From an uncultured Chloroflexia bacterium (GTDB taxonomy: Bacteria; Chloroflexota; Limnocylindria; Limnocylindrales; CSP1-4), in NCBI GenBank assembly GCA_963746845.1, contig CAVVCZ010000005.1, forward strand, positions 1 through 64,000: DNA of 64,000 nt. Reading direction: 5' to 3'. Below, one piece after another: positions 27,544 through 37,527 of the stretch; the first letter of the stretch is position 1; the number at the start of each line of letters is the position of its first letter. Both the position numbers and the translations under genes were made by a program. Below the pieces are notes generated by a model, which worked only from the letters and a program-made list of their open reading frames with translations, was not told where the DNA came from and ran no database searches.

Positions 27544-27793
27544 CGCCAGATCGTCGTGGGGCGTCGGTTACCTTCGAAACGGGGCGAAATCGACGCCAGA
27601 TCGTCGTGGGGCGACGATGAGGCACGACGGTCGGCACAACTGCGCCGCTGATCGGCACGATCCCCGCACGAGTCCCGTCGGCGGGGCGCCCCACAAGGCC
27701 GTCCAACATGCCTGATCGACGCGCGGTGACGATCTGGCACCGATTCCGGGGGATGGCGCCACTAGTCGTCCTGCCGTGACGATCTGGCACCGA
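27544..27793. repeat. nested inverted-repeat element (REP/MITE-like)
   Basis: CGCCAGATCGTCGTGGGGCG at 27544 and 27594; GTGACGATCTGGCACCGA at 27726 and 27776; shared core GCCAGATCGTC in inverted orientation; both pairs have a 50-bp period. Confidence 0.75.
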
Positions 27794-27908
27794 CGTCACG
27801 CCGCGCGGCGGCGGCATCCCGACGGGCGACGACCCGTCGACGGGTGTCAGTCCAAGCCGAAACCAGGCACCGGTACCAGCACGAACGGCGACCGGGGCCG
27901 GCTCGGCG

Positions 27909-29489
27909 CTAGTCGACGACGGTGTGGCTCTGCTCGCGCAGGAACTGGGCGACGTAGTACATCGACAGGCCCGCCTTGCCGGTCGATCCCGAGCCCTTCC
28001 AGCCGCCGAACGCCTGGACGCCCGGCCACGCACCCGTCGTCGCCCCGGCCCGCCGGTTCACGTAGAGGACGCCGGCCTCGCACGTGTCGAGGAAGCGCCG
28101 GACCTCGCCCTGGTCCTCGCTGTACACGCCGGCGGTCAGGCCGTAGACCGAGTCGTTGGCGAGACGGAGCGCCTCGTCGAACGAGTCGACCGCGTGGACC
28201 GCGGTAAACGGCGCGAACAGCTCGTCGCGGAAGAGGCGGTGGCCGGCCGGCAGGTCGCCGACGACCGTCGGCTCGACATAGAAGCCGCGGTCCATCCCGC
28301 GGTCGCCCAGCCGCTCCCCGCCGACGAACACGCGCCCGTCACGGCGAGCCTCGGCCACGGCACCCTGGTGTCGGTCGACCGCGCGCTGGTCGATCACCGG
28401 GCCGAGCCAGTTCTCGCGCAGCAGCGGGTCGCCGATCGCGATCGCCTCGGTCTTCTCGACGAGCAGCCGCACGAGCTCGTCGTGGACCGGCTTCTCGACA
28501 TAGACCCGGCTGTTCGCCGAGCACTTCTGGCCGCCGAACCCAAAGGCTGATCGCATGATCCCCTCGGCCGCCTCGTCGAGGTCGGCATGGCGCGAGACGA
28601 CGGCCGGGTTCTTGCCGCCCATCTCGACGATCGTCGGCTTCGGGTAGTCGCGCGAGAACGTCCGGTACAGGTCCATCCCGACCGCGTACGAGCCGGTGAA
28701 CACGATGCCGTCGACGTCGGGGTTCTCGCGCAGCTCCGCCCCGACGGTCTCGCCCGGGCCCATCACGAGGTTGATCACGCCGTCCGGCACGCCCGCTTCG
28801 CGGTATGCCTCGATGAGCTTGACCCCGGAGATCGGGGCGGCCGACGACGGCTTGAAGACCACCGTGTTGCCGGCCAGCATCGCCGCCGCCGACGGCCCGC
28901 ACGACAGGGCCATCGGGAAGTTGAACGGGCTGATCACGGCGAACACGCCGTGCGGCCGAAGGATCGACTTCGTGTGGACCGCCGAGTCCCCGAGGCTGTC
29001 CATCGGGTGCTCGTAGAACTGGTTGCCCTCGGCCGTCTTCGCGTAGTAGCGGATCAGGTCGGCCGCTTCCTCGACCTCGCCGAGCGCCTCGATCCGGGTC
29101 TTCCCGACCTCGATCGCCATCAGTCCGCCATAGACCATCTGGCGCTCGCTGATCAGCTCGGCGGCCCGCTTGAGGATCTCGAGCCGTCGCTCCCAGCCCA
29201 GCGCGAACCAGGCCGGCTGGGCCCGGCGGGCGGCCGCGATCGCGTCCTGCACGTCCTTGCGGGTACCGGTCGCGAAGTGGCCGAGCACGATGTCGCGATC
29301 GATCGGGCTGTGGACGGTGAACTCCCCCTCGCCGTCGCGCTCGCGCCCGTCGACCAGGTTCCGATGGTGACCGTCGAGCAGGGTCTTCGCCTCGACGAGG
29401 CCCGCCTCGTACTCGCGGTGGAGCTGCTCGTTGTCGGCACGGAGCGTCGCGTAGGTGATCTTGAGACGCGGTTGCGACTCGGTCGTCAT
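27909..29489 (-). CDS. aldehyde dehydrogenase, 1-pyrroline-5-carboxylate dehydrogenase-like
   Basis: ISPFNFP, FTGS, EMGGKN, AFGFGGQKCSANSR, YGLTAG, YVNR...TTGAWPG.QAFGGWKGSG. Confidence 0.85.
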   Translation of the reverse strand: MTTESQPRLKITYATLRADNEQLHREYEAGLVEAKTLLDGHHRNLVDGRERDGEGEFTVHSPIDRDIVLGHFATGTRKDVQDAIAAARRAQPAWFALGWERRLEILKRAAELISERQMVYGGLMAIEVGKTRIEALGEVEEAADLIRYYAKTAEGNQFYEHPMDSLGDSAVHTKSILRPHGVFAVISPFNFPMALSCGPSAAAMLAGNTVVFKPSSAAPISGVKLIEAYREAGVPDGVINLVMGPGETVGAELRENPDVDGIVFTGSYAVGMDLYRTFSRDYPKPTIVEMGGKNPAVVSRHADLDEAAEGIMRSAFGFGGQKCSANSRVYVEKPVHDELVRLLVEKTEAIAIGDPLLRENWLGPVIDQRAVDRHQGAVAEARRDGRVFVGGERLGDRGMDRGFYVEPTVVGDLPAGHRLFRDELFAPFTAVHAVDSFDEALRLANDSVYGLTAGVYSEDQGEVRRFLDTCEAGVLYVNRRAGATTGAWPGVQAFGGWKGSGSTGKAGLSMYYVAQFLREQSHTVVD

Positions 29490-29681
29490 CGGTCGGGAAC
29501 CTCGGGATGGTTGGGCATCGGGACGTTGAGCCCAGTCTAGCGCGGCTCCGGAGCGCGCCCGAGGCGGACGGCCAGCGAGGCGCGCGGAGAGGCTCGATGA
29601 CCCACCGAGGATCGCGACAGATGGCACTGGCGATCGGGCGGGCCGCTGCTCAGACTGGTCCTGGAGGACCGAATCACACCC

Positions 29682-30161
29682 ATGGACGTTCCGCATGTCC
29701 TCGCGATCTGGCTCCACACCCTCGCCCTGGTCATCGTCCTCGGCTACTACGGGATCCTCGGCCGCGTGGTCCTGCCGGCGTTGGAGCGATCCCTCGACGG
29801 GCAGACGCAGGCGTCAGCGTTGATGGCCATCGAGCGGCGGGCCCTCCCCCTCGTCATCCTGTCGATGGCGCTGTTCACCGGGACGGGCGTGTATCTCCTG
29901 GTCGCCGATCCACAGTACGCGGGCCTCGGCAACTTCTTCGCCTCGACCTGGACGACGCTGATGCTCGTCAAGCACGTGCTCGTCGTCGGCGTCATCGCGC
30001 TGGGCGTGTCCGTCGACCACTTCGTTCGGCGGGCGGACGAGGCGACGACGGCTGACGCGCGCGACGCGGCCATCCGGAGCCTGGCGTTGTGCGCCGAGGG
30101 CGCGACGGGCGTCGGTGCGCTGACGATCCTCCTCACGGCCGCCGCGCAGGTCGTCGCGTAG
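29682..30161 (+). CDS. CopD-like / DUF4149-like 4-TM membrane protein
   Basis: RBS GGAGG; WLHTLA..IVLG, FTGTGVY, LVKHVL. Confidence 0.6.
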   Translation: MDVPHVLAIWLHTLALVIVLGYYGILGRVVLPALERSLDGQTQASALMAIERRALPLVILSMALFTGTGVYLLVADPQYAGLGNFFASTWTTLMLVKHVLVVGVIALGVSVDHFVRRADEATTADARDAAIRSLALCAEGATGVGALTILLTAAAQVVA

Positions 30162-30260
30162 ACGGCCGACGCCCGGCGAGCCCCGTGCCGCAAGGTCCGG
30201 GTGCCGGCAGCGCCGTTGGTCGGGCTTGGCCGGGTTGCCCCGACCGGTCATCCTGAGCAC

Positions 30261-31877
30261 ATGACCGGAACGCGACGCGCCCCCCGGGCGGCCGGCCTCG
30301 CCGGCCTCCTCGTCGTCCTCCTCGCCTCGCTGGCAGCGCCCGCCTCGGCCGCCGCCGCGGACTTCCCGAAGGGCTGGGAGGGCTACCACACGTACGCGGA
30401 GATGTCCGCCGATGTCGCGGCGGTCGCCGCGGCGCACCCGTCGATCGTCGAGCGCCTGTCGATCGGCAAGAGCTACCAGGGCCGGACGATCTGGGCGGTC
30501 AAGATCTCGGACAACGTCGCGGTGGACGAGAACGAGCCCGAGGTGCTGTTCGACGGGTTGACCCACTCGGACGAGCACATGGGCCTCGAGATGACCCTCC
30601 GGATCATGCACTGGTTGGTCGACGGCTACGGCACGGACACCCGGGTCACGAACATCGTCAACAGCCGCGAGATCTGGATCATCCTCGCGGTCAACCCCGA
30701 CGGCGCCGAGTACGACATCGCCGGCGGCAAGTTCCACTTCTGGCGGAAGAACCGCCAGCCGAACAAGGGCACGACCGCCATCGGGACCGACATCAACCGG
30801 AACTTCGGCTATCACTGGGGGATCGCCGAAGGGCGGACCAGCAGGAACCCCGCCGCGATCACCTACATGGGGCCGAGCGCCTTCTCGACACCGGAGGCCC
30901 GCAACGTCCGGGACTTCCTCGCGAGCCGCGTCGTGAACGGCCGGCAGCAGATCCGGACCGCGATCACGTTCCACGAGTCAGGCCGGCTCGTGATGTGGCC
31001 GTACGGCTACACGTTGAAGGACATCCCGAGCGACATGACGGTCGACGACCACAACGCGCTCGCGATCATCGGCAAGCACATGGCGTCGACGAGCAAGTAC
31101 AAGCCGGAGCAGGCGAGCGACCTGTACCTCACGTCGGGCACGACGCGCGACTACGAGTACGGGACGTACCGGATCTTCTCGTACACGTTCGAGATGTCCG
31201 TGAAGGACTACCCGGACGACTCGCTGATCGCGTCGGAGACCGGCCGCAACAAGGAGGCCGTGCTGTACCTGATGGAGCGGGCGGCATGCCCGCTCGCGGT
31301 CCTCGGGACGGCAACCCGGATCGCCCGCTGCGGCGCGTTCGACGACGACCTCGAGATCAACCGCTACTGGAAGATCAACCTGAACGGCACGGACACCGCG
31401 ACCGCCGGCACGTGGCAACGCGGCAATCCGTCGCCGACGACGACAGCCGCCGGTCGGAAGCAGGCCGACGCCGTTCCGTCCGGCCGGTTCGCGTTCATCA
31501 CCGGCACCGCCGCGGGATCATCCGCCGCCGCTAACGACCTCGACGGTGGCCGGACGACCGTGACGTCGCCGGCGATCGACCTGCCGGCGACCGCGCACCA
31601 GAAGCTCCAGTTCAAGTGGACGTTCGCGCACGACCGGACCGCGGGCGCCGGCGACGAGTTCCGGGTCGAGGTGCTCGACGGCGGCGGGGTCGCCACGACG
31701 GTCCTCCTCTCCGTGGGCGCGCCGGTCGAACGGAACGCCGGGTGGCGAACCGCCTCGATCGACCTGTCCGCGTGGGCGGGCCAGACGATCCGCGTCCGGT
31801 TCTCGGCGTCGGACGTCGGGACGAACGGGATCGTCGAGGCAGGCTTCGACGACGTGCGGGTGACCCAGCCGCAGTAG
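30261..31877 (+). CDS. secreted M14 zinc carboxypeptidase (carboxypeptidase T-like) with C-terminal beta-sandwich domain
   Basis: Signal peptide; GYHTYAEM, HSDE (HxxE), NPDG, WRKNR, DINRN, ITFH, MWPYG, FEM. Confidence 0.85.
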   Translation: MTGTRRAPRAAGLAGLLVVLLASLAAPASAAAADFPKGWEGYHTYAEMSADVAAVAAAHPSIVERLSIGKSYQGRTIWAVKISDNVAVDENEPEVLFDGLTHSDEHMGLEMTLRIMHWLVDGYGTDTRVTNIVNSREIWIILAVNPDGAEYDIAGGKFHFWRKNRQPNKGTTAIGTDINRNFGYHWGIAEGRTSRNPAAITYMGPSAFSTPEARNVRDFLASRVVNGRQQIRTAITFHESGRLVMWPYGYTLKDIPSDMTVDDHNALAIIGKHMASTSKYKPEQASDLYLTSGTTRDYEYGTYRIFSYTFEMSVKDYPDDSLIASETGRNKEAVLYLMERAACPLAVLGTATRIARCGAFDDDLEINRYWKINLNGTDTATAGTWQRGNPSPTTTAAGRKQADAVPSGRFAFITGTAAGSSAAANDLDGGRTTVTSPAIDLPATAHQKLQFKWTFAHDRTAGAGDEFRVEVLDGGGVATTVLLSVGAPVERNAGWRTASIDLSAWAGQTIRVRFSASDVGTNGIVEAGFDDVRVTQPQ

Positions 31878-31958
31878 ACGCGGCGCGGCCTTCATCCCCC
31901 GTCCCGCGGGCTATCCTCGCGGCAGATGCCGCGGACCGGCGGCCAGCGGAGGGCGGGC

Positions 31959-32738
31959 ATGGGACTCCTGGACGGCAGGACGGCGCTGATCTTCGGGGTC
32001 GCCAACGACCACTCGATCGCGTGGGGCATCGCCCAGGCGCTCCACGCGGAGGGCGCAGAGGTCGGCTTCTCCTCGGTGGAGTCACTGATCGAGAAGCGGG
32101 TCCGGCCCCTCGCGACCTCGATCGGGTCGACGTTCGTCGAGCCGTGCGATGTCCAGCAGGACGCGGACATCGAGCGGGTGTTCGCGCGCTGGGGCGAGAC
32201 CCACGACGGCCTCGACATCCTTGTCCATGCCCTCGCCTTCGCGAAGCGCGAGGACCTGAGCGGCCGGTTCGTCGACACGTCGCGCGACGGCTTCGCGCTC
32301 GCCCACGACGTGTCGGCGTACTCGCTCGTCGGCCTGACCCGGGCGGCCCTCCCCCAGCTCCATCGCGGTTCGTCGATCCTGACGCTGACCTACTACGGCG
32401 CGGAGAAGGTCGTCGCCAACTACAACGTCATGGGTGTCGCGAAGGCTGCGCTCGAGGCGTCGGTGCGATACCTGGCAGCGGACCTCGGGCCGGACGGAAT
32501 CCGGGTCAACGCGATCAGCGCCGGCCCGGTTCGAACGCTCGCGGCGGCGGGGATCGGCGGGTTCAAGAAGATGTACGGCGAGTTCGCCGACATCACGCCG
32601 CTCCGCTCGAACATCACGATCGAGGATGTCGGCCGGACGGCGGTCTACCTCGCGTCGGACCTGTCGTCGGCGGTGACCGGCGAGGTGATCTACGTCGATG
32701 GCGGGTTCAGCGTGCTGGGCGTGCCGACGGAGGTCTGA
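31959..32738 (+). CDS. fabI: enoyl-ACP reductase
   Basis: GVANDHSIAWGIA, VSAYSL, YNVMGVAKAALE, VNAISAGPVRTLAA. Confidence 0.93.
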   Translation: MGLLDGRTALIFGVANDHSIAWGIAQALHAEGAEVGFSSVESLIEKRVRPLATSIGSTFVEPCDVQQDADIERVFARWGETHDGLDILVHALAFAKREDLSGRFVDTSRDGFALAHDVSAYSLVGLTRAALPQLHRGSSILTLTYYGAEKVVANYNVMGVAKAALEASVRYLAADLGPDGIRVNAISAGPVRTLAAAGIGGFKKMYGEFADITPLRSNITIEDVGRTAVYLASDLSSAVTGEVIYVDGGFSVLGVPTEV

Positions 32739-32744
32739 CCCGGG

Positions 32745-33314
32745 TCAGGTCGCGCCGGTGAAGTCCTTCGCCATGGCGGCGTGGTAGACCTTCGGCTTCT
32801 CGTCGACCAGGTCGTCGCCGCCGGGCGTCCCGCCGACCTCGATCCAGGTGGCCAGCGAGCGGTTGATCAGGATCGTCTCGAACGACTCGGTGACATGCTC
32901 GGTGCCACGGTCGTACGAGATCGCCGCCTCGGTCAGCGGCACAAGGATGTCGCGACCGGCGAGGACGACGGCGGGGTCGTTCGATCCGACGTCGACCGGA
33001 CTTCCCGGGGGGACGTGGAGCCAGCCCGAGACGATGTAGCGGACGATGCCCAGCTTCACTGGCTCGACGTCGGTGCGCCGGCGGCGGGTCTCGACCCCTC
33101 GCCGACCGCTCACGAGCACGGCCACGATGGAGCCTACGGCGACGGTCACGTCGACGTACTGGGCCGGCATGCCGGTCATCAGGTCGTGGACCTCGGAGCC
33201 GCGCATGACGATCCGCGGCACGGAGTTCAGCATGTCGCTCAGCCGGTCGTCGGCGAGCGGGATCGCGCCGCTGATGCGGCGGTCGGCCGTGAAGACGATG
33301 AGCTCGACTGGCAT
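32745..33314 (-). CDS. hypothetical protein with two related beta-rich halves (DUF6812-like)
   Basis: RISG.I...RLSDMLN and IVSGWLHVPP...VPLTEA...ILINR resemble tandem copies of one small domain. Confidence 0.55.
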   Translation of the reverse strand: MPVELIVFTADRRISGAIPLADDRLSDMLNSVPRIVMRGSEVHDLMTGMPAQYVDVTVAVGSIVAVLVSGRRGVETRRRRTDVEPVKLGIVRYIVSGWLHVPPGSPVDVGSNDPAVVLAGRDILVPLTEAAISYDRGTEHVTESFETILINRSLATWIEVGGTPGGDDLVDEKPKVYHAAMAKDFTGAT

Positions 33315-33418
33315 CGTGTGCCGGATGGTGCGCCGACGCCATCAATGCGCCAACGACCCGTTGGTCCTGCCCGATGGGGACCCCGAACGGGTCGGTCGGC
33401 GTCGAGCGCTCCGGCGCC

Positions 33419-34165
33419 CTATTCGGACGAGCGCACCTGGTAGACGCCGAGCCGGAGCGACGCGAGCGTCGCGATCAGGACCAGCGCGATGGCGGCGTAC
33501 AGGAATCCCTGGCTCCCGACAACCGAGGTCAACGTCTCCGGCGGCGCGAGGGCATAGACGATCCCGCGGACGTATTCGCGGACGCTGAGCAGCTGCGTCC
33601 CGGGCAGGGCACCTGCCAGCAGCCCCTCCCAGATCAGGGCGTATCCGAGCCCGATCAGCAGGCCCCGGCTCGTCGCCGCGCTCAGGGCGATGAAGATGGA
33701 GACGTACACGAACGACCCGACGACCACCGCCACGGCGAACGCGGTCGTGACCGCCATCTCGCCCGAACCGAGCCCGCCGATCAGGGCTCCGGACATGACG
33801 GTCGAGGCGAACATGAGCGCGGCGGTCAGCGTGCCCGCCACGACCAGCTTCGGGACGATGATCGCCCAGCGCGGGATGGGCTTGGTCAGGATGTGGATCG
33901 CCGTGCCGTCATCCAGCTCGGAGCCGAGCGCCGCGGTACCGAAGACGAGCGCCACGATCGGGAGCACGCTCGAGACGAGGAGGCCCTCGAGGGACGGCTC
34001 GAGCCGGTTCGGCCGGGGCCCGCCGTTGCCGAGCCGGACGAAGATGCCGAGGAGGACCGGGGCGCCGGCCACGAGCAGCATCAGCAGCGTCCGACGCCGG
34101 CCGAGCAGGGCGCGCGCCGTCACGATCCCGATCGCGGTCATCACGGACAGGCGGCCGGCTCTCAT
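33419..34165 (-). CDS. ABC-2 type transporter permease
   Basis: ALGSELDDGT...LTKPIPR, 6 TM; ATGA overlap with upstream ATPase. Confidence 0.82.
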   Translation of the reverse strand: MRAGRLSVMTAIGIVTARALLGRRRTLLMLLVAGAPVLLGIFVRLGNGGPRPNRLEPSLEGLLVSSVLPIVALVFGTAALGSELDDGTAIHILTKPIPRWAIIVPKLVVAGTLTAALMFASTVMSGALIGGLGSGEMAVTTAFAVAVVVGSFVYVSIFIALSAATSRGLLIGLGYALIWEGLLAGALPGTQLLSVREYVRGIVYALAPPETLTSVVGSQGFLYAAIALVLIATLASLRLGVYQVRSSE

Positions 34166-35124
34166 CGGCGGGTCACCAGGTATTCGAAGACGCTCTCGAG
34201 CGAATCGTCCGTCGGGGCGACCTCGAGCAGGCGGACCCCGGCGTCTCGGGCGACCCGGGCCACGCTTCTCGTGAACCCGGAGAACTCGGACACCCGGACC
34301 GTCAAGCGGTCGTCGCGCAGCTCCGCCCCGAAGACGGCGGGCTCGGCCAGGAAGGCCGCCGCCAGCCGGCGATCGTCGGAGGAGCGGACGCGGAACGTGT
34401 GGGGCCGGTCCGTCATCAGCCGCCGGATCTCGCGGTAGTCGCCGGACGCGGCGAGCCGGCCGGCGTAGATCACGAGGATCCCGTCGGCCAGCCGCTCGAC
34501 CTCCTCGAGGATGTGCGAGCTGAACAGGATCGTCCGACCGTCGCCGGCCATCGCGCGGAGCAGGTCCATCATGTGCAGCCGCTGGCGTGGGTCCATCCCG
34601 TTGAACGGCTCGTCGAGGAGCAGGATGGCCGGCTCGTGGACCAGCGCCGCGGCGATCTTCGCCCGCTGGCGCATCCCCTTCGAGTACGTGCCGACCGGAC
34701 GGTCCGCGGCGGCCGCGAGATCGACCGTCTCGATCGCGCGCGCGGTTGCGGCCGCCGGATCCGGCAGGGACTGGAGGCGCGCGGCCAGCTCCACGAACTG
34801 GCGGCCCGTGAGGAACGAGTGGACTGCCTCACGCTCCGGCACGAGCCCGATCCGGGCATAGATCGACGGGTCGTGCCAGGCCGGCCGCCCGTCGATCAGG
34901 ACGCGACCCGACGAGGGCTGGAGCAGGCCGGACAGCAGATGGAGCAGGGTCGACTTGCCCGCGCCGTTCGGCCCCAGGAGCCCGGTGATCCCGGAGCCGA
35001 TCGCGAAGCTGATGTCGTTGACCGCGACGACATTCCCGAACCAGCGGGACACGCGGTCGACCACGATCGGCTGGTCCAGCGGGATCGATGTCGCCACCGT
35101 GGCGGCCGTCGCGGCTTCCGTCAT
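34162..35124 (-). CDS. ABC transporter ATP-binding protein
   Basis: GPNGAGKST, YSKGMRQR, LLLDEP, SSHILEEVE. Confidence 0.9.
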   Translation of the reverse strand: MTEAATAATVATSIPLDQPIVVDRVSRWFGNVVAVNDISFAIGSGITGLLGPNGAGKSTLLHLLSGLLQPSSGRVLIDGRPAWHDPSIYARIGLVPEREAVHSFLTGRQFVELAARLQSLPDPAAATARAIETVDLAAAADRPVGTYSKGMRQRAKIAAALVHEPAILLLDEPFNGMDPRQRLHMMDLLRAMAGDGRTILFSSHILEEVERLADGILVIYAGRLAASGDYREIRRLMTDRPHTFRVRSSDDRRLAAAFLAEPAVFGAELRDDRLTVRVSEFSGFTRSVARVARDAGVRLLEVAPTDDSLESVFEYLVTRR

Positions 35125-36038
35125 GTCGCGATCCGGACGAAGCGCCGCGCAATGACCCCGACCGTCACGAGGGTGATCGCGATCGCGCTCGCGAGGAAGG
35201 TCCAGGTCGGCAGGTTGAAGAAGAACAGCTCCTCGGGCAGCCGGTTGCCGAAGAACAGGGCGCTCGTGCCGTCGAGGATCGTGCCCGGGCTGAGCAGGAC
35301 GAGGACGATGCCGGCCGGCCCGGAGCCCTGGGCGATGACCGCGCCCGCGACGAGCCCGGGCAGGACGAACAGGGCGATGATCCCGGCCGTCGCGTATGCC
35401 CGGCGTGGCGTAAACGCCGAGACGACCATCGACAGGCTGCCGAAGAGACCGGTGATCACGAGGGCCTGGGCGAGGACCGCGGGGAGCGTCGGCAGGTCGT
35501 CCACGAAGGCCGCGGCGATGTCGGTCGAGAGCAGGACCCGACCGATCAGGAGGATCGTCATCGGCAGGAGAAGCAGCAGGAGGAGGGCGAGGCCGAACCC
35601 GGCGAGCCGTGCCAGGGCGTAGTCCGAGCGGCGCATCGCCCGGGCGAAGTACAGGGCGAGGACGCCATGGCGCTGGTCGCGCGAGAACAGCTCCGGCGCC
35701 TGAGCCGCGCAGAACAGCGCGATCACCGCGTCGATCGAGGCGTAGTAGGTGTCGTAGTCGATCGGCGACGCCGACTCGAACTGCTCGCGGGCGCCGAGCC
35801 GGGCGGCCAGCGTGAGGATCCCGACCACGACGATCGCCGGCAGGATCGCCATCGCCCCGAGGACGACCGGCGCGACCTTTGCGCGACCCCCATGGCCGAT
35901 CCCGTACGCCGTCCGGAAGCTGTCGATGACCATCGACCGGATCGCGTGGGCTCGCCCGAGCCGGGGTCCCTCGTAGCGCCGGTAGCCGAGGTCGTAGATG
36001 CTCCCGGCCCGGACGACCGGCGTGGTGGTCTCGGTCAT
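35121..36038 (-). CDS. ABC-2 type transporter permease
   Basis: IYDLGYRRYEG, APELFSRD...LALYFAR...DY, multiple TM. Confidence 0.82.
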   Translation of the reverse strand: MTETTTPVVRAGSIYDLGYRRYEGPRLGRAHAIRSMVIDSFRTAYGIGHGGRAKVAPVVLGAMAILPAIVVVGILTLAARLGAREQFESASPIDYDTYYASIDAVIALFCAAQAPELFSRDQRHGVLALYFARAMRRSDYALARLAGFGLALLLLLLLPMTILLIGRVLLSTDIAAAFVDDLPTLPAVLAQALVITGLFGSLSMVVSAFTPRRAYATAGIIALFVLPGLVAGAVIAQGSGPAGIVLVLLSPGTILDGTSALFFGNRLPEELFFFNLPTWTFLASAIAITLVTVGVIARRFVRIAT

Positions 36039-37012
36039 CGGTCGTCCACGGTCGGCGGGACGGCAATGGCGGCGGTTGCGGCGGCCGGCCCGGCTCCGGC
36101 GTCGGGCGCGCCGGGCGCGTCGCGGAACAGGTCCTCGAGACGGTGGCGGCGCTGCTCGATCCGGACGAGTGGCAGGCCGAGCTCCGCGATCGTGTCCCGG
36201 ACGAGGTCGTACGGCCGCTCGTCGACGAGGTCGATCAGGACCGCCTGGCCGTCCACGATCGTCTGGAGCCCGGCGGCGGCGAGGCGCTCGGCCAGGATGT
36301 CGCTCCCCTCCTCCACCTCGACCGCGAGGGTCCCGGTCCGCTCCATGAACGACCCGAGCGGGGCCGATCGGAGCAGCTTCCCGCCCTCGATCGCCACGAG
36401 GTGGTCGCAGACCCGTTCGATCTCGCCGAGCAGGTGTGACGCGACGATCACCGCGATCCCGAACTCGGTCCCGGTCCGGTGGACCAGCTCGAGCATCTCG
36501 TCGCGGCCGGCCGGGTCGAGGCCGTTCGTGGGCTCGTCGAGGAGCAGCAGCCGCGGGTCGTGGACGAGCGCCTGGGCGAGCTTGACCCGCTGGCGCATGC
36601 CGGTGCTGTAGCCGCCGATCGCCCGGTACCGCTCCTCGTACAGCCCGACGTGCCGCAGGACCTCGGCGGTTCGCTCGCGGGCGGCGGTGCGGGGCAACCC
36701 GGAGACCTGGGCGAGATGGGACACGACGTCGGTCGCTGACATGTCTGGCGGGAGGCAGTCGTGCTCGGGCATGTAGCCGACCAGCTCGCGGATCGCGATC
36801 CCGCTCGACGCGATGTCGAGATCGAAGACGAGCGCCGAGCCGCTCGTCGGCGCGACCAGCCCGAGCAGGATCTTCAGCAGCGTGCTCTTGCCCGCGCCGT
36901 TCGACCCGACCAGGCCGATGATGCCGGGCTCGAGCTCGAGCGTCAGGCCGTCGAGCGCCGTGACACCGCCGCCGTATCGCTTCGTCAGGGCATTCGTCGC
37001 GATCAGGCTCAC
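36035..37012 (-). CDS. ABC transporter ATP-binding protein
   Basis: GSNGAGKST, YSTGMRQR, LDEPTNGLDP; GTG 6 nt after TACCCT. Confidence 0.9.
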   Translation of the reverse strand: MSLIATNALTKRYGGGVTALDGLTLELEPGIIGLVGSNGAGKSTLLKILLGLVAPTSGSALVFDLDIASSGIAIRELVGYMPEHDCLPPDMSATDVVSHLAQVSGLPRTAARERTAEVLRHVGLYEERYRAIGGYSTGMRQRVKLAQALVHDPRLLLLDEPTNGLDPAGRDEMLELVHRTGTEFGIAVIVASHLLGEIERVCDHLVAIEGGKLLRSAPLGSFMERTGTLAVEVEEGSDILAERLAAAGLQTIVDGQAVLIDLVDERPYDLVRDTIAELGLPLVRIEQRRHRLEDLFRDAPGAPDAGAGPAAATAAIAVPPTVDDR

Positions 37013-37082
37013 CGGGACAGGGTATCGGGCGGAGTGCCGCCCTCGTTGCGGCAACGCGACGATTTGTCGGCCAGGATCGGGA

Positions 37083-37520
37083 TCAGGAAGCCTCCGGAGG
37101 CACCGTCACGCTGAACCCCTCGCGCTCGGCGACCTCGGCCAGCCGACGATCGAGGGTCACGAACGCCAGCGTCGACGGATCAAGCTCGCTCGCGACGACG
37201 GCCGCGGCGAGCTGGAGCGAATCGGCTGCCCGGAGCGGGTGCGACCGGAGCAGTCGAACCGCGATCCGGCGCACCGCCGGCACCGGTTGGACCTCGTGCC
37301 ACGCCGCCGCCAGCTCGTCGAGCCGGCCGATCGCGACCGTCAGCCCAGCAGGGGAAAGCCGGCCCTCCCGTTCCAGGCGGGACAGCGCCGACACGCACTC
37401 GATGTCCGTGGCCCACCAGGCCATGATCTCCGGGTCGTCCTCGAAGAGCCGCCGGATCGCCGGGCTGGAGCGCTCGCCGACGAGCAGCGGGGCGATTGCG
37501 GAGCTGTCCCAGAACCGCAT
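37083..37520 (-). CDS. vapC: PIN-domain toxin (VapC family)
   Basis: MRFWDSSAI, E..SAL.R, LRAADSLQLAAA, FVTLDRRL..VA..EGF. Confidence 0.85.
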   Translation of the reverse strand: MRFWDSSAIAPLLVGERSSPAIRRLFEDDPEIMAWWATDIECVSALSRLEREGRLSPAGLTVAIGRLDELAAAWHEVQPVPAVRRIAVRLLRSHPLRAADSLQLAAAVVASELDPSTLAFVTLDRRLAEVAEREGFSVTVPPEAS

Positions 37521-37527
37521 CGGAATC

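Noticed and set aside
27544-27793. Possible mini CRISPR array (repeats with 50-bp period)
   Set aside because: Only two copies per orientation, the pairs are inverted relative to each other, repeats are 18-20 bp, and there are no cas genes
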